From the IMG/VR virus record IMGVR_UViG_3300022719_000329, positions 1-64,000 of that record: a stretch of DNA of 64,000 bases; one strand, given 5' to 3'. A model generated the notes under the pieces. It saw nothing but the letters and a program-made list of their open reading frames with translations. It made no database searches and was not told the origin of the DNA. Origin of the DNA: a virus. Positions within the stretch are counted from its first letter, which is position 1. Every line of letters starts with the position of its first letter. Positions 1 to 10,400 of this stretch are shown one piece after another. Position numbers and translations under genes: made by a program.

Positions 1-44
1 CCGTAGAGTTCCGAAACATTGAACTATTCTAAAATCAGACATAC

Positions 45-392
45 CTAACCTCTTCTAACTCCTGTTCGTCCTGCCCGGGTACCTTTTCCAAAACCACTGG
101 AAACATTTCTGCTCACCGATCCTCTCCGACCGCGGTTGCCAGTAGGACTGGCGCCTCGATAAGAGGCATTGCGGGTGGAAGGCAGCGGTGCTCCCGGTTC
201 GGCTTCCCGTCTCTTCGGGTCTTTGAAATGGAAAGCACCGGACTTTCCGTCATCCGCGGGGTCAAAATCAGAACCGTCAGCGGGAAGGTACTCATTCTCG
301 TAATCGGCAACAACGCCAACCTGCTCTGCGTTTAGATGATTATCTGCCCGATCTCGATTGGTGTCTTTTGGTCGTAAGAAGTAGCCGCTCAT
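45..392 (-). CDS. hypothetical protein (acidic N-half, Arg/Gly-rich tail)
   Basis: 115-aa ORF, last member of the co-directional minus-strand array; no motif recognised. Confidence 0.35.
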   Translation of the reverse strand: MSGYFLRPKDTNRDRADNHLNAEQVGVVADYENEYLPADGSDFDPADDGKSGAFHFKDPKRREAEPGAPLPSTRNASYRGASPTGNRGRRGSVSRNVSSGFGKGTRAGRTGVRRG

Positions 393-408
393 TAGGGCTT
401 CACCTCCT

Positions 409-795
409 TTAGGATTGACTTTCTTGGTTCCCCTCGGGAACCTTTAGGTCTATGAGCCAGGTGGAAGCGGCCAATACTTTTTCACTTTCATGGGCCGCTT
501 GTTGCAATTCGTCGGCCCTTTCCTGGTCTGTATTTTCAAACACATCGGCCAATTGCCGTAATGTATTTATTTTGATTCTATGGGCCGTGACCGGAAGGCC
601 GGAAAGATTGTTCACGGTTTCCGTCCACGCAATAGCAATAGACAGATCTCGGAACCTATTCGCTGTATGCTGAATTTGTTCCATTATATGACGTACAGGT
701 CCGCCCGAATCATTCAATGCCGCCAAGCGCGATTCTAGGACGTCTAATCTATATTCTAGATGATCTCTTTCCATGATTGCTTCGGCTAATTTCAA
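409..795 (-). CDS. hypothetical helical protein, possibly DIP1984/septicolysin-like
   Basis: 128 aa; MKLAEAIMERDHLEYRLDVLESRL start, central INTLRQL and C-terminal ASTWLIDL resemble that family as I remember it; unverified. Confidence 0.35.
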   Translation of the reverse strand: MKLAEAIMERDHLEYRLDVLESRLAALNDSGGPVRHIMEQIQHTANRFRDLSIAIAWTETVNNLSGLPVTAHRIKINTLRQLADVFENTDQERADELQQAAHESEKVLAASTWLIDLKVPEGNQESQS

Positions 796-798
796 AAT

Positions 799-1080
799 CT
801 AATCCTTTCGCAGAAATGGAGGCACTGGCTTATCCTCAGTATCCGCATTTACAGTAGGCGCGGATTCTGGATAATAGAACCTTTTCATTTCTACCAACAC
901 TAAACCTTCGACAATGGACATGGCTCTTTCTGGATCTGTTGTACTGCAGACCCACTGTTTGTTGCCTTCTTCATCAAACATAAAGATATTGCTAGGGCCA
1001 TTAGTTAGTTCAATTGTGTACTTTCCCGTAGATAGAGTCGTTGGTTCCGGTCTAGTACTATTTTCTTCAGTCATCCTCAT
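799..1080 (-). CDS. hypothetical protein
   Basis: 93-aa ORF, 4-nt gap to the next gene, co-directional. Confidence 0.4.
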   Translation of the reverse strand: MRMTEENSTRPEPTTLSTGKYTIELTNGPSNIFMFDEEGNKQWVCSTTDPERAMSIVEGLVLVEMKRFYYPESAPTVNADTEDKPVPPFLRKD

Positions 1081-1378
1081 TTACCTCTTCCACAGATCTG
1101 CCTTCCATTTCCGTACCAGGACGTAATACTTCTTGGTTCAACTTGTGGTCGTCTGGTAATTGAAACTCGGGTTTCTCTTCTTGTTTGACCACGCCGTGAT
1201 GGTGACCACATTGGTAATGTTTCTCCGGGCTCCTCCCCGCATCTGGATCAATGGTCATTCGGGGTTGCCCGTTTGGCCGCCCATCTTCATCCGTGCCTAA
1301 ATCACAAGGCTGCCCTGTATCTGGATCTTTCCACTCGCAAACTAGTACCCAGACGCCGTCAATCAATTGTCTTGACAT
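1067..1378 (-). CDS. hypothetical protein
   Basis: 103-aa ORF, 14-nt overlap with the downstream gene (coupling). Confidence 0.4.
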   Translation of the reverse strand: MSRQLIDGVWVLVCEWKDPDTGQPCDLGTDEDGRPNGQPRMTIDPDAGRSPEKHYQCGHHHGVVKQEEKPEFQLPDDHKLNQEVLRPGTEMEGRSVEEVNEDD

Positions 1379-1382
1379 TTAT

Positions 1383-1964
1383 CTACTCCTCAAAATATAA
1401 AATCATTTCTGCGCCGTCGCAATGGCAATCGTTACCGTCAACCACGCAATTATACCCAGATGTCTGAATATCTTCTCTCCATCTGTCTGGATATATTCTA
1501 ATCAATTGTCCCCCGGCTTTCGTAAAGTATCTATAAGCACTATTTCCAGGGCTTTGCATCCAGATATGGGTGACGCCGGCCTCGGCGCCCTGAAGACGTG
1601 CATACTGGATAGACTCTCGCAGAAGGTTTTGCCCGATTTCTTGGCCTCGGTAATGGGAATCCAAAGTATTGCTTTTGAAATAGCAAACTTTATCTGGTTC
1701 TATATTCCATTCATCCACCGAACACCATTTATCAGGCTCCCATTTTCCAGGGGCATAAGTGAGTCGGAAGCCAATCAAATTATTTTCTTCTCTTGGACCA
1801 TCATAAGCCACAAGGCTGCAATTGACGCCCTGGCTTTTACTTTTGTCTAATATAGTGCCGAGTTCTGCTGGCGATAAATAGTTTTCACCGTGTACTTGTG
1901 CCCCTAGTAATATGATGGATTCGAAGTCGCTCTCTCCTAAAGGATAAAATTTAATCCTATTCAT
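1383..1964 (-). CDS. GNAT-family N-acetyltransferase
   Basis: 193 aa; acetyl-CoA motif A RGQEIGQNLL followed by a GNAT-like beta-alpha-beta layout. Confidence 0.7.
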   Translation of the reverse strand: MNRIKFYPLGESDFESIILLGAQVHGENYLSPAELGTILDKSKSQGVNCSLVAYDGPREENNLIGFRLTYAPGKWEPDKWCSVDEWNIEPDKVCYFKSNTLDSHYRGQEIGQNLLRESIQYARLQGAEAGVTHIWMQSPGNSAYRYFTKAGGQLIRIYPDRWREDIQTSGYNCVVDGNDCHCDGAEMILYFEE

Positions 1965-1965
1965 T

Positions 1966-2166
1966 TCAACTCCGATCTAGATGTTTCAAAACCTCAATAC
2001 AATCGTGGATTCCTTCGGCTTCTGCCTCTATTTCCAAAAGAGAATCCATAATATCCTCTTCTTGTCCCTCGCCGTTATAACCACCAGCAACAATTTCTTC
2101 CACTGATTTTTTTAGATGCCCCAATCGGCGGGCATAGGCTCTAAACAAAATCTCATTATGTACCAT
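1966..2166 (-). CDS. hypothetical protein
   Basis: ORF 1966-2253 trimmed to the internal ATG at 2166, which is preceded by AGGAGA-N8; the longer form would overlap the upstream gene by 98 nt. Confidence 0.35.
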   Translation of the reverse strand: MVHNEILFRAYARRLGHLKKSVEEIVAGGYNGEGQEEDIMDSLLEIEAEAEGIHDCIEVLKHLDRS

Positions 2167-2479
2167 TTGCGGGCTCTCCTTCGGTAATGCCGTCCTGGCC
2201 CAAATCCCTGTGTAACTTGGCATCTTCTTGCATATGTACATGAAGTTCTTCATGCACGTGGTCTAATTCTGCTTGCAATTCTAGAGCGAGGTCATGTAAT
2301 TCTTGTTTTTTCTTTCTCTGTCCCCAAGCAGTCCAGCCCACTAGAAGCATAACCGCCCACTGGATAGGGTCATGGAAGGTAACATAATAAAACCACAATT
2401 CTTGGAGGGCGGGATTGCCCAGAACTATTTCAGAGAGTAGAGGAACTTCCATGTGCTTTTTCCCATAATACTTGCGCAA
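2156..2479 (-). CDS. hypothetical protein with one hydrophobic segment
   Basis: 107-aa ORF; WAVMLLVGWTAW hydrophobic stretch; start uncertain. Confidence 0.35.
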   Translation of the reverse strand: MRKYYGKKHMEVPLLSEIVLGNPALQELWFYYVTFHDPIQWAVMLLVGWTAWGQRKKKQELHDLALELQAELDHVHEELHVHMQEDAKLHRDLGQDGITEGEPANGT

Positions 2480-2663
2480 TTCTACGGCGCGTCGGGCCCC
2501 ACGTTTCCACTCGGCCGCAACGAGGACATGCGAACTCAGTTACTTCCGGCGTGTCTAGCCGGGGCGTCAAATGGTAGCCCGCTTTAACCTCACCTTCTTC
2601 GTCCAGAGTTTCAGACATGCATTGCTCTGCGCCACAAACTATTATTTTCCAAGGCTCGTTCAT
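2430..2663 (-). CDS. small zinc-ribbon protein
   Basis: 77 aa; CGAEQC ... CPRCG cysteine pairs. Confidence 0.4.
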   Translation of the reverse strand: MNEPWKIIVCGAEQCMSETLDEEGEVKAGYHLTPRLDTPEVTEFACPRCGRVETWGPTRRRIAQVLWEKAHGSSSTL

Positions 2664-2765
2664 TAATATCTCCTAGGACACCCTGGCCGCCCTCTACGAC
2701 CAGGGGCCGATTGATCGCGTGAACCGCTCACTTCCAGAGGGCGGGGAGCGGTTATACGAACAACC

Positions 2766-3569
2766 TTATTTTACAATCTGGTATGCGTTACCACACCGAG
2801 AGCAAAATCTATCCTTCATACGGCCTCGTCTTTTACCACAACTAGAACAGAATCGCTCTTTTTTGGTTGAACTAGATTTTCTCTTTCTCGAGATTCGAGG
2901 CACGGATACCTCGGGTTTAGAAATACCTTTTAGTTTCAAAGTTAAAGTTACCGGGAACGGCTCAGTAGCGAAATCTTCCCCGTATTCAAATCTCTGTCCT
3001 GAAAGTCCTCCTTCTACTGTAGCGCCTTCCGAAGCAAAATTGGTAGGGGCAATACTGTTCGAGTTACAGGACACCGTATAAGTACTGGAGAAACCTCTGC
3101 TAGAAGATCCAGCAGTCCCTATATCGTCAAACGTAGGTATGTGGGGATTATCCACTATCGGAAGAGTAAAATCTCTTCTATATATTAGAGGTTTTACAAC
3201 CGGGGGCTTAAACCAGTCTTTTTCACGATAGAATTCCACTTTTACTCGGCCGTTTTCAGAATCAGTAGGGTCATTTACCCTTCTATCAGAAAGGGGTACA
3301 AATTTGAATTTATTACCACTCTCCAGGTCATTATCTAGAAACCTCTCCAAATCTAGAGTTTGCCCTGGATTTAGAATTATATCACCAATATTGGATACTT
3401 TTCTACCATCAATCCAAACTTGAGCCTTTGCTCTCAAGTAGTTGTGTTTGTTCTTTAACCGTACTTTGTAATCGGAATGGAACGGAAGACTCACTGTTCC
3501 ATTTATCTCACGCACCGGTCCGCCTTCGTGTAAAATGGCTAGAACAAACTGCGAATCATAAGCCATCAT
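2766..3569 (-). CDS. hypothetical protein with C-terminal double zinc ribbon
   Basis: 267 aa; C-terminal FCSSCGKRRGRMKDRFCSRCG. Confidence 0.5.
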   Translation of the reverse strand: MMAYDSQFVLAILHEGGPVREINGTVSLPFHSDYKVRLKNKHNYLRAKAQVWIDGRKVSNIGDIILNPGQTLDLERFLDNDLESGNKFKFVPLSDRRVNDPTDSENGRVKVEFYREKDWFKPPVVKPLIYRRDFTLPIVDNPHIPTFDDIGTAGSSSRGFSSTYTVSCNSNSIAPTNFASEGATVEGGLSGQRFEYGEDFATEPFPVTLTLKLKGISKPEVSVPRISRKRKSSSTKKERFCSSCGKRRGRMKDRFCSRCGNAYQIVK

Positions 3570-3640
3570 AATATCCTCCCTTAATTACCGGACCCCTACA
3601 TAAACCGGCTGTTATTTGAGTAGGGTTTTTATTACAGGGA

Positions 3641-4024
3641 CTAATAGTATTGTATTTCAATCCCATCTTGGTCAGCGCTTTGGGCAGGAGAATCTTGAGG
3701 TAAATACAAGGTGTTTCCCACCCGTACGCTTTCACCATTACGGAATCTTCTAATTAACTTTACTATTCTCTTTTTCTGTTTATCTGGGCAGGCCTTGTTC
3801 AAATCAATACCTGCTCTTACCGCAATGGATGCGGCCACTATAAGTACGTCTGCTAATTCCTCAGCCAGATCATCCCGGGTTTTTCGAGACTTTACTAGGC
3901 ACTCGGCCACTTCTCCCGTCTCTTCGGTTAGTTTGGCTAGATCATGAAGTGGGTTTTTGGTCCATCCGTCGGGCCGGATATCTAGCAAATCCCGAGCATC
4001 TTGCATCAAATCTTCCAGGTTCAT
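3641..4024 (-). CDS. mazG: MazG-like nucleoside triphosphate pyrophosphohydrolase
   Basis: 127 aa; EETGEVAE and LAEELADVL metal-binding helices; ATGA overlap with the stop of the upstream oxidoreductase gene. Confidence 0.75.
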   Translation of the reverse strand: MNLEDLMQDARDLLDIRPDGWTKNPLHDLAKLTEETGEVAECLVKSRKTRDDLAEELADVLIVAASIAVRAGIDLNKACPDKQKKRIVKLIRRFRNGESVRVGNTLYLPQDSPAQSADQDGIEIQYY

Positions 4025-5196
4025 ATAAATCTGCGACCTCCAAAAATACCAGGATCTTTACCTTGCAACATTAAGCGCGCCGTTAGTTCACCGGTTGCAA
4101 AAGTATAACCTAATCCATGCGCAGTAAATCCAACATTGTAGAAAATTCTAGGATCTTCTGGCAGAGAACCGACCATAGGATAACCATCCGCAGCAAAACC
4201 CATTACCCCCGACCATCGGTAATCTATTTTCTTTCCACGTAAAATAGGAAAATGTTTGTTAATAAATGCTTCTAATTTATCATTGATAATTGGATTTATC
4301 TCATCTGAAAAACCAATTTCTTTCTCTACGTCAGCGTTGCGGAAACCTCCGATAAGTACCCTTCCATCTTTCAATTGTCTAAAATAATCCAGAACAAAAT
4401 TACAGTAGCAGGGTTCTAAAAACTTGTCCACGGGCTCAGTAACTATAATTTGTCCTCTGGTTGGGGCTATCTTATCTTGAAACCACGGAAATAATTGGGA
4501 CGACCAAGCATTAGTACAAAGGACCACGGCGTCTGTGCGGAAAATCCGTCTATCGGCACGCACAGTAATTCTCTCACCGGATGTACCTATATCGAACACT
4601 TCGTGATTCTCTATGATGCCGTATTCGCCTGGTAAATTAGAAGACAAATACCATAGATATTTTAGAGGGTGTATTTCTCCATCGTCCCTATAAAAAGCGC
4701 CCCCACTAAAACCTTCGGCTTGAAGATAGTTACGAACTGTTCGTTCATCTCTCCACTCGACATCAACGCCCCGATTCTGTAAATCAGAAACGGATTTCTT
4801 GATGACATCGATCTCGTGTTCAGTGGCTGCTAAAGTCCAACTTCCTAATTTACGATATTCACATTTATGGCCCAATACCTCCCGCCCAAACTCTTCCAAC
4901 ATTAGGGCATGGTTATATTCTGTAAATTTCCAAATCTCCGCTGCCTTGCTCTCTCCGTAGGCCGATCCCATACGAGAGAAATGCTCTGTGGATCCGCAGG
5001 TAATAAATCCTGCATTTCGGCCAGAGGCCCCGTGCCCTATCTTACCTTTATCGATAGCAAAAACTCGTAAGGAGGGTTCAAGTTTCTTCAGCCAATATAA
5101 AGTTGACAACCCCGCCAAGCCGGCCCCTACGATTACAATATCCGCATCGTTTGCCGTGGTAATTCCCACGCTATCTTGCCAATACGAAACTGACAT
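4021..5196 (-). CDS. FAD-dependent oxidoreductase (DAO / glycine-sarcosine oxidase-like)
   Basis: 391 aa from the ATG at 5196, which lies directly after the upstream stop; dinucleotide fold IVIVGAGLAGL; GASGRNAGF. Confidence 0.8.
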   Translation of the reverse strand: MSVSYWQDSVGITTANDADIVIVGAGLAGLSTLYWLKKLEPSLRVFAIDKGKIGHGASGRNAGFITCGSTEHFSRMGSAYGESKAAEIWKFTEYNHALMLEEFGREVLGHKCEYRKLGSWTLAATEHEIDVIKKSVSDLQNRGVDVEWRDERTVRNYLQAEGFSGGAFYRDDGEIHPLKYLWYLSSNLPGEYGIIENHEVFDIGTSGERITVRADRRIFRTDAVVLCTNAWSSQLFPWFQDKIAPTRGQIIVTEPVDKFLEPCYCNFVLDYFRQLKDGRVLIGGFRNADVEKEIGFSDEINPIINDKLEAFINKHFPILRGKKIDYRWSGVMGFAADGYPMVGSLPEDPRIFYNVGFTAHGLGYTFATGELTARLMLQGKDPGIFGGRRFI

Positions 5197-5197
5197 T

Positions 5198-5446
5198 TTA
5201 GTCCTTTCGATATCTAACAGCCACCACACTGGCCCCAACAACACCGGCCGCCGTTATAACAGCACCAACGATCTCCGTATAAGGAAAGCCAGAATCATTA
5301 GAATCACGCTGATCTTCAATAACAATCCGGGTTTGTTGGCGAGGTTCAAATTCTCCTCCTCCACTATAAGCAATTCCTCCAATACATAAAACACTACACA
5401 CGGCGGAGAGACCAGCCAGTCTCTTTATTATTTTAGGCACTTCCAT
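5198..5446 (-). CDS. small membrane protein
   Basis: 82 aa; hydrophobic segments at both the N- and C-terminus. Confidence 0.4.
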   Translation of the reverse strand: MEVPKIIKRLAGLSAVCSVLCIGGIAYSGGGEFEPRQQTRIVIEDQRDSNDSGFPYTEIVGAVITAAGVVGASVVAVRYRKD

Positions 5447-5449
5447 CTC

Positions 5450-5725
5450 CTAAATGTACTGGATTTTTATTCCAAAGATAAGACTTAGCCATCTACGTAA
5501 GTCCTCCATTCGGGCTTCCCATGTTAAGTAGGCAGGTATTTTATTACCGGTTCTTTCGTAAACATCAAACATCGCATTGTCTATATCTACCAACTCTTCC
5601 CAAAGATAATCTCGTAGACCCACCACGGCTCGTTCCGGCCAATTACTCAATCTAGCAACCTCTGTTATACCCTCCAGGAAATCTCGGCGCTGTTCTAGGA
5701 TACTTACCGGATCCAAGACGACCAA
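5450..5725 (-). CDS. hypothetical protein
   Basis: 91-aa ORF, 4-nt gap to the next gene. Confidence 0.4.
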   Translation of the reverse strand: MVVLDPVSILEQRRDFLEGITEVARLSNWPERAVVGLRDYLWEELVDIDNAMFDVYERTGNKIPAYLTWEARMEDLRRWLSLIFGIKIQYI

Positions 5726-5751
5726 GCAGAGCGATACCCCCTTTTCGGATT

Positions 5752-6111
5752 TTACAGGTAATACTCACCAATCCCCTGGTTATAGGCGTCTTCCCCAATG
5801 AATTGGAAATAGAACTGTCGGTTTTTTATGGTAACAACCCCTTCAGTAAAATCTAGGACTACGTCGGCTGTTTCTCCTAACCACGGCTGGACGGGTCCGC
5901 AAATTGTAAAGGCCTGTCTATAGTTTTGAATGCCCGGGTCTTTGAAATATAAACCGACGTCATCTAGACATAATTTTCCCAGAACTTCTTGGGCTAGAGA
6001 ATTCATGCCTATGAAAACTAAATTTTTTCCTCGCAGGTCTTCGTTCCCAAAAGCCCCCCGTAGCGCCCCGCGAAGGAACTGAAAGATATCAGTTGCACTC
6101 GTTGTTTTCAT
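5752..6111 (-). CDS. hypothetical protein
   Basis: 119-aa ORF; overlaps the upstream HNH gene by 23 nt. Confidence 0.4.
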   Translation of the reverse strand: MKTTSATDIFQFLRGALRGAFGNEDLRGKNLVFIGMNSLAQEVLGKLCLDDVGLYFKDPGIQNYRQAFTICGPVQPWLGETADVVLDFTEGVVTIKNRQFYFQFIGEDAYNQGIGEYYL

Positions 6112-6739
6112 TGTCCAACTCGGTATTCCAATAAGCCAAATCCAAGAAGTTCACCCATTGTTTGTGTGGAACTAACTTCATAGAAAGATTGACTGTAGGG
6201 TGCCACTTGGGCACTTTGGGCCGCTTTTTTAATTTCCAACCCAACTGGTCCAATGTTTTACTGCCTTTCTTATAGTTACAATCGTAGCAAGAGGTGACAA
6301 TATTAGTCCAAATTGTCTTACCACCTTTGGATCTAGGCACCACGTGGTCTAGATTTAGTTGGTTCTTTTCCATCCATTTGATCTTGTTCCGGCTTGGGGG
6401 CCGGTTGCCGCAGTATTGGCAAGTATAATTGTCACGTTCAAAAATGTTCTTTCGGCTAAACCGTACCTGCCTTTTAGGGAGTTTATCGTAGAACACCAGA
6501 ACAATCACCCGTGGTATTTTAATCTTGAGACTGGTAGAGCAAATAAACTCGCTTTCTTCTGTCTGAACCATTTGCTGAGATACATCTGCCCAGTTCTCGA
6601 AATCATAGACTTGGAAATCTTCGTCGACAACCTTGGCGAAGCCTTGGTACAAAAGATTAATAGCCCTTTTTACTGAAGTCACTTGGACTGCCATCCAACT
6701 TCTATTTAATACTAGAGTATTGGAATTTAGCTTGGACAT
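6089..6739 (-). CDS. HNH endonuclease
   Basis: 216 aa; CQYCG, LNLDHVVPRSKGG, NIVTSCYDCNYKKG. Confidence 0.8.
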   Translation of the reverse strand: MSKLNSNTLVLNRSWMAVQVTSVKRAINLLYQGFAKVVDEDFQVYDFENWADVSQQMVQTEESEFICSTSLKIKIPRVIVLVFYDKLPKRQVRFSRKNIFERDNYTCQYCGNRPPSRNKIKWMEKNQLNLDHVVPRSKGGKTIWTNIVTSCYDCNYKKGSKTLDQLGWKLKKRPKVPKWHPTVNLSMKLVPHKQWVNFLDLAYWNTELDNENNECN

Positions 6740-6789
6740 GTCAGTTCCTTCTCATAGAATAATACTTAATTTGTGTCATAATATCAAAC

Positions 6790-7134
6790 CTAGCAGCCTT
6801 TAAATCCCAAAAGACCTTCTATAAAAACAGTACCAGAAGACACCAAAGAAACTGTACTAATACTATCAAAGTCCATGGTAAAAGTACTTCCCGGGCTTAT
6901 CTTAATGTTATCGCTGGGAGGTAATCCCACGGCCGTTGTAGCTACTTCACCGTCGAGGCGTAGATAAACATCTTGAGTCCCGCTCCGATTGCGCACAACA
7001 ACTCTGCGTGCGGGCGGAGAAATACCCAACGTAGTGGCGGTACTGGTAACGTTACTTTCAAAGTATTTAACGTTAGAAAAACCAGCCTCCGAGACTACTT
7101 CCGGAAGGCCCCCATTATGTCGGATATTAGACAT
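6790..7134 (-). CDS. hypothetical beta-rich protein (possible virion component)
   Basis: 114-aa ORF located downstream of the fibre gene; Ser/Thr/Val-rich. Confidence 0.4.
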   Translation of the reverse strand: MSNIRHNGGLPEVVSEAGFSNVKYFESNVTSTATTLGISPPARRVVVRNRSGTQDVYLRLDGEVATTAVGLPPSDNIKISPGSTFTMDFDSISTVSLVSSGTVFIEGLLGFKGC

Positions 7135-7161
7135 TTATTAGTTCTCTCTCTCGCTGGCCAT

Positions 7162-7413
7162 CTATTGCCTAGCTATTAAAACGTCCAACTGTTGTAATTG
7201 GTTATCCATCTCTAATATTACTGAATCTTTACGTTGCATCACTTCCTCTTTCATTTCTTCCGGTGTTTTGTTTGTTTTAAATACTGCTTGGTCAGCTAGA
7301 ACCCAATCTGTACTTTCAAACGGCTGCACGTAAAGATTCCTATTTATCCAGACTTTACCCTCCTTGAGGATAAAGTTTTTCTCTATCTTCTGTTTAGCCT
7401 TGGGACTTCCCAT
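7162..7413 (-). CDS. hypothetical protein
   Basis: 83-aa ORF between the fibre gene and 6790-7134. Confidence 0.4.
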   Translation of the reverse strand: MGSPKAKQKIEKNFILKEGKVWINRNLYVQPFESTDWVLADQAVFKTNKTPEEMKEEVMQRKDSVILEMDNQLQQLDVLIARQ

Positions 7414-7440
7414 GGTTTCTAATTTCCTTTACGATATAGG

Positions 7441-10400
7441 TTATGCATAATTGAGGGCACGCCAGGAGCTACCGTCGTAGACATTAACTGTCCCGCTCGT
7501 TGTGTTAAATAGCGCCTGGCCGGGAAGGGGGCTAGCAATCGTATCTTTCTCTGTATTGGTTTTTTGTGGAAAGAAAAATCCATCGCTCTGAAAGTCACCG
7601 CCCACTGTAAGATTATCAGAGACTCCGACACCTGTCCCCGAAACTGTTAGTTGGCTGTTTACGTCTAGCAAAGATACGGGGGAGTTTGTGCCTATTCCAA
7701 CTCTATTATTCCCGGCATCGACGAACAAGGCGTTGGCGGAAGTGCCGTTAATAATCAAGTCTGTGTCTACTTCATCAGGGTTTATTTCTAATTCGTTACC
7801 GCCGGTGCCAGCCTGAATATCCAGACCCTGGCCAGTAGTGTTTTCTAAACGCATCCGAGGCGTAACAAAGAAATTCTCGCTAAATACTTGAAAACCGATG
7901 GCGGACACGTCATAGTTAACTTTGAACCCATAGTCGCCAAAGTTAAAGAAATCGGTTACAAACCGCGTGTTCGGAGGGTTATTTACGTCGGAGGTGCCCA
8001 TGTCAAAGGCCATCGTATTGTTACTGTCCGCACTTGTAACATCGTCCATTTGGAAACTAACGGTTCCGCCCTCGCCCGCGGCGCCGCCGCCCCCTAAATC
8101 AAACGTATACGCGGTGGGAGAGCCAGTTCCTACGGCCGAGTTAAGCTCCAACACCGTTCCGGTGTTCTTTGTGCTTTGGAAAGTCCCACTGGTTACTACA
8201 TTTTGGGCGTTGAGCGTTATGACATCGTTTACATCATTCCACCCCAGTCCTAGATTTCCGGTCATATCCCGAGAACCATCTACTAATAGATACTGCTCGT
8301 GGTCATCGTCGGAGAGCCCGGAAAGATTCCCGTGGTCAGAATTGCTTGTTATCTGGGTCTGTAGGGAACCAGAGGCAGATACGAATTCTGTTTGAAACCC
8401 TTGTATGTCTATCGTGCTTGAGCCAGAGACAACTGTTATCCCGTCGCTGCCTATTAAGGCTGGTTCTACTTCGTCAATGTCGATATTGTTTATCTGGGAC
8501 TGCAGAGAACCTGAGGCCGAAACAAACTCTGTCCGGAACCCCTGAATTTCTGTAGTGGAAGAACCAGAAACAACAGTTATGCCGTTGCTGCCTGTAATGG
8601 CGTTCTCTATTTCATCCACGTCAATAGAATCTATCTGATTTTGCAAATGCCCGGAAGTCGTAGTTATGAGGGACGTATTGTCATCTACCTGAGTCTGCAA
8701 AGAGCCACTGGCCGCAACAAAAGCAGTTTCAAAGCCGACTATATCAACGGTGTTGGAGCCAGAAGTTACGGTTATCCCGTCAGACCCCGTAATGGCATCT
8801 TCTACTTCATCGACGTCGATATTATCAATTTGATTTTGTAACGAGCCGCTTGCGGATACAAATTCAGATCTAAAACCAGAAACAGTAACTGAGTTGGTGC
8901 CCGAAATAATAGTGTTCCCGCCGGCCCCCAAAATAACTCCTGGGCCCGATTCAAAATTGTCTATTTGGTCCTGTAAACTCCCAGACACTGTAGTAAGCTC
9001 TGCATCCGTGGCGAACACACCATCTAAGTTGTCCACTTGGTTTTGAAGAGAACCAGAGACGGATACGAGTTCGTCTCTAAAGCCAGAAATAGTTACGGCG
9101 TTCGCGCCGCTAATAACTGTAATCCCGCCCGCGCCCACCAGGGCTGTTTCTACGAATTCTATATCTATGCCATCTATCTGGGTTTGCAAAGAGCCAGAAG
9201 CAGAAACAAATTCTGTCTCAAACCCTGAAACAGTAATAGTATTAGATCCACTAATTACAAGAATGCCGCCTGTTCCTAGCAGCGCGTCGTTCTCTTCTTT
9301 GGAATAACGCCCATGGTGCGCGGCCGGATTCGCGGCATGTGTGTTTATATCATCATCTATTTCTTGAGAAAGACTACCGCTGGCGGATACAAATTCTGCC
9401 CGGAAGCCGGCCACGTTTATTGTGTTTGTGCCGCTGGTGATTGTAATACCATCGTCGCCTATAATAGCGTCTTCGGCCTCGTCAGGATCAATGGCGCCAA
9501 TCTGTGTTTGTAAATGTCCAGAAATAGTAACAACTTCGGCTTCCGTCACATCGGGAGCGATTAGGTTTACCGGGACTCCAGAAATTGTTAGAGAATTGGA
9601 GAATATTCCGGACGCAGTTACGATGGAATGCCCGTTGAGGTGGGTAGAAAAATTCCCCACAGTAAGGGCTTCGGTGAAAGTTCCGCTCCCCACAACCCTA
9701 AAATCTTCTTCCCCGGCAGTACCTGAAATTACAACAGGTTTGCCGGACGACGTCTGCACGACCCCCGCCCCGTTGTCATATGCCTCTTGGAGGGTTACCG
9801 AGGAATCTATATTCTCAATCTGGCCCTGCAAACTGCCCGATGCTGAAATAAACTCACCTCTAAATCCCTGTATTTCGGTAGTAGAGTTTCCTGAAACTAC
9901 CGTAATGCCGTCACTTCCGGCGATGGCAGGTTCGATTTCATCGGGATCTAAACTTACTGGCAGACCGGACACGGTCAGAGAAGAGACGAACTCTCCAGAG
10001 TTCGCGTTAAAGTCCCCAACGTTGGTTATGGGATTGCCATTAAAGTCAGTGCTTTGATCGGAGTACATAGTCGCGACCAATACCGGATTCAGGTCATCTG
10101 CGCCTGGGGGGTTAGTTCTAAATTCAATCTTGCCGGGCATGGAAGTAGTGCTAGGGGCACCGTCCACCCGGAAATTCATACGTGCACCTACGTCATAGTG
10201 ATTTCCGCTCCACCCTGTTCCAAAGATGGACAGAAGGTTTTGTCCGGAAGTAACTACCGCATGGCCGGACGTATTGCTGTTGCTTCGAGATGATACAATC
10301 GCTGGGGGCAGGCTAGTGGAGTGTCTGTGTATTTGGAATAAGGCCCGGCGCGTCCCACCAATGTCGGAAGCTTTGAGGGCGGACTCATAGAAGATACCGT

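Noticed and set aside
8350-9537. Tandem repeats as a CRISPR array
   Set aside because: The repeats are ~135 nt, in frame, degenerate at wobble positions and translated as part of one long ORF. There is no short-repeat/unique-spacer pattern.
9422-10057. 211-aa plus-strand ORF (and other plus ORFs at 7967-8395 and 10054-10293)
   Set aside because: These lie entirely inside and antisense to the 1152-aa repeat-bearing fibre gene, and their periodicity only mirrors the fibre repeats.
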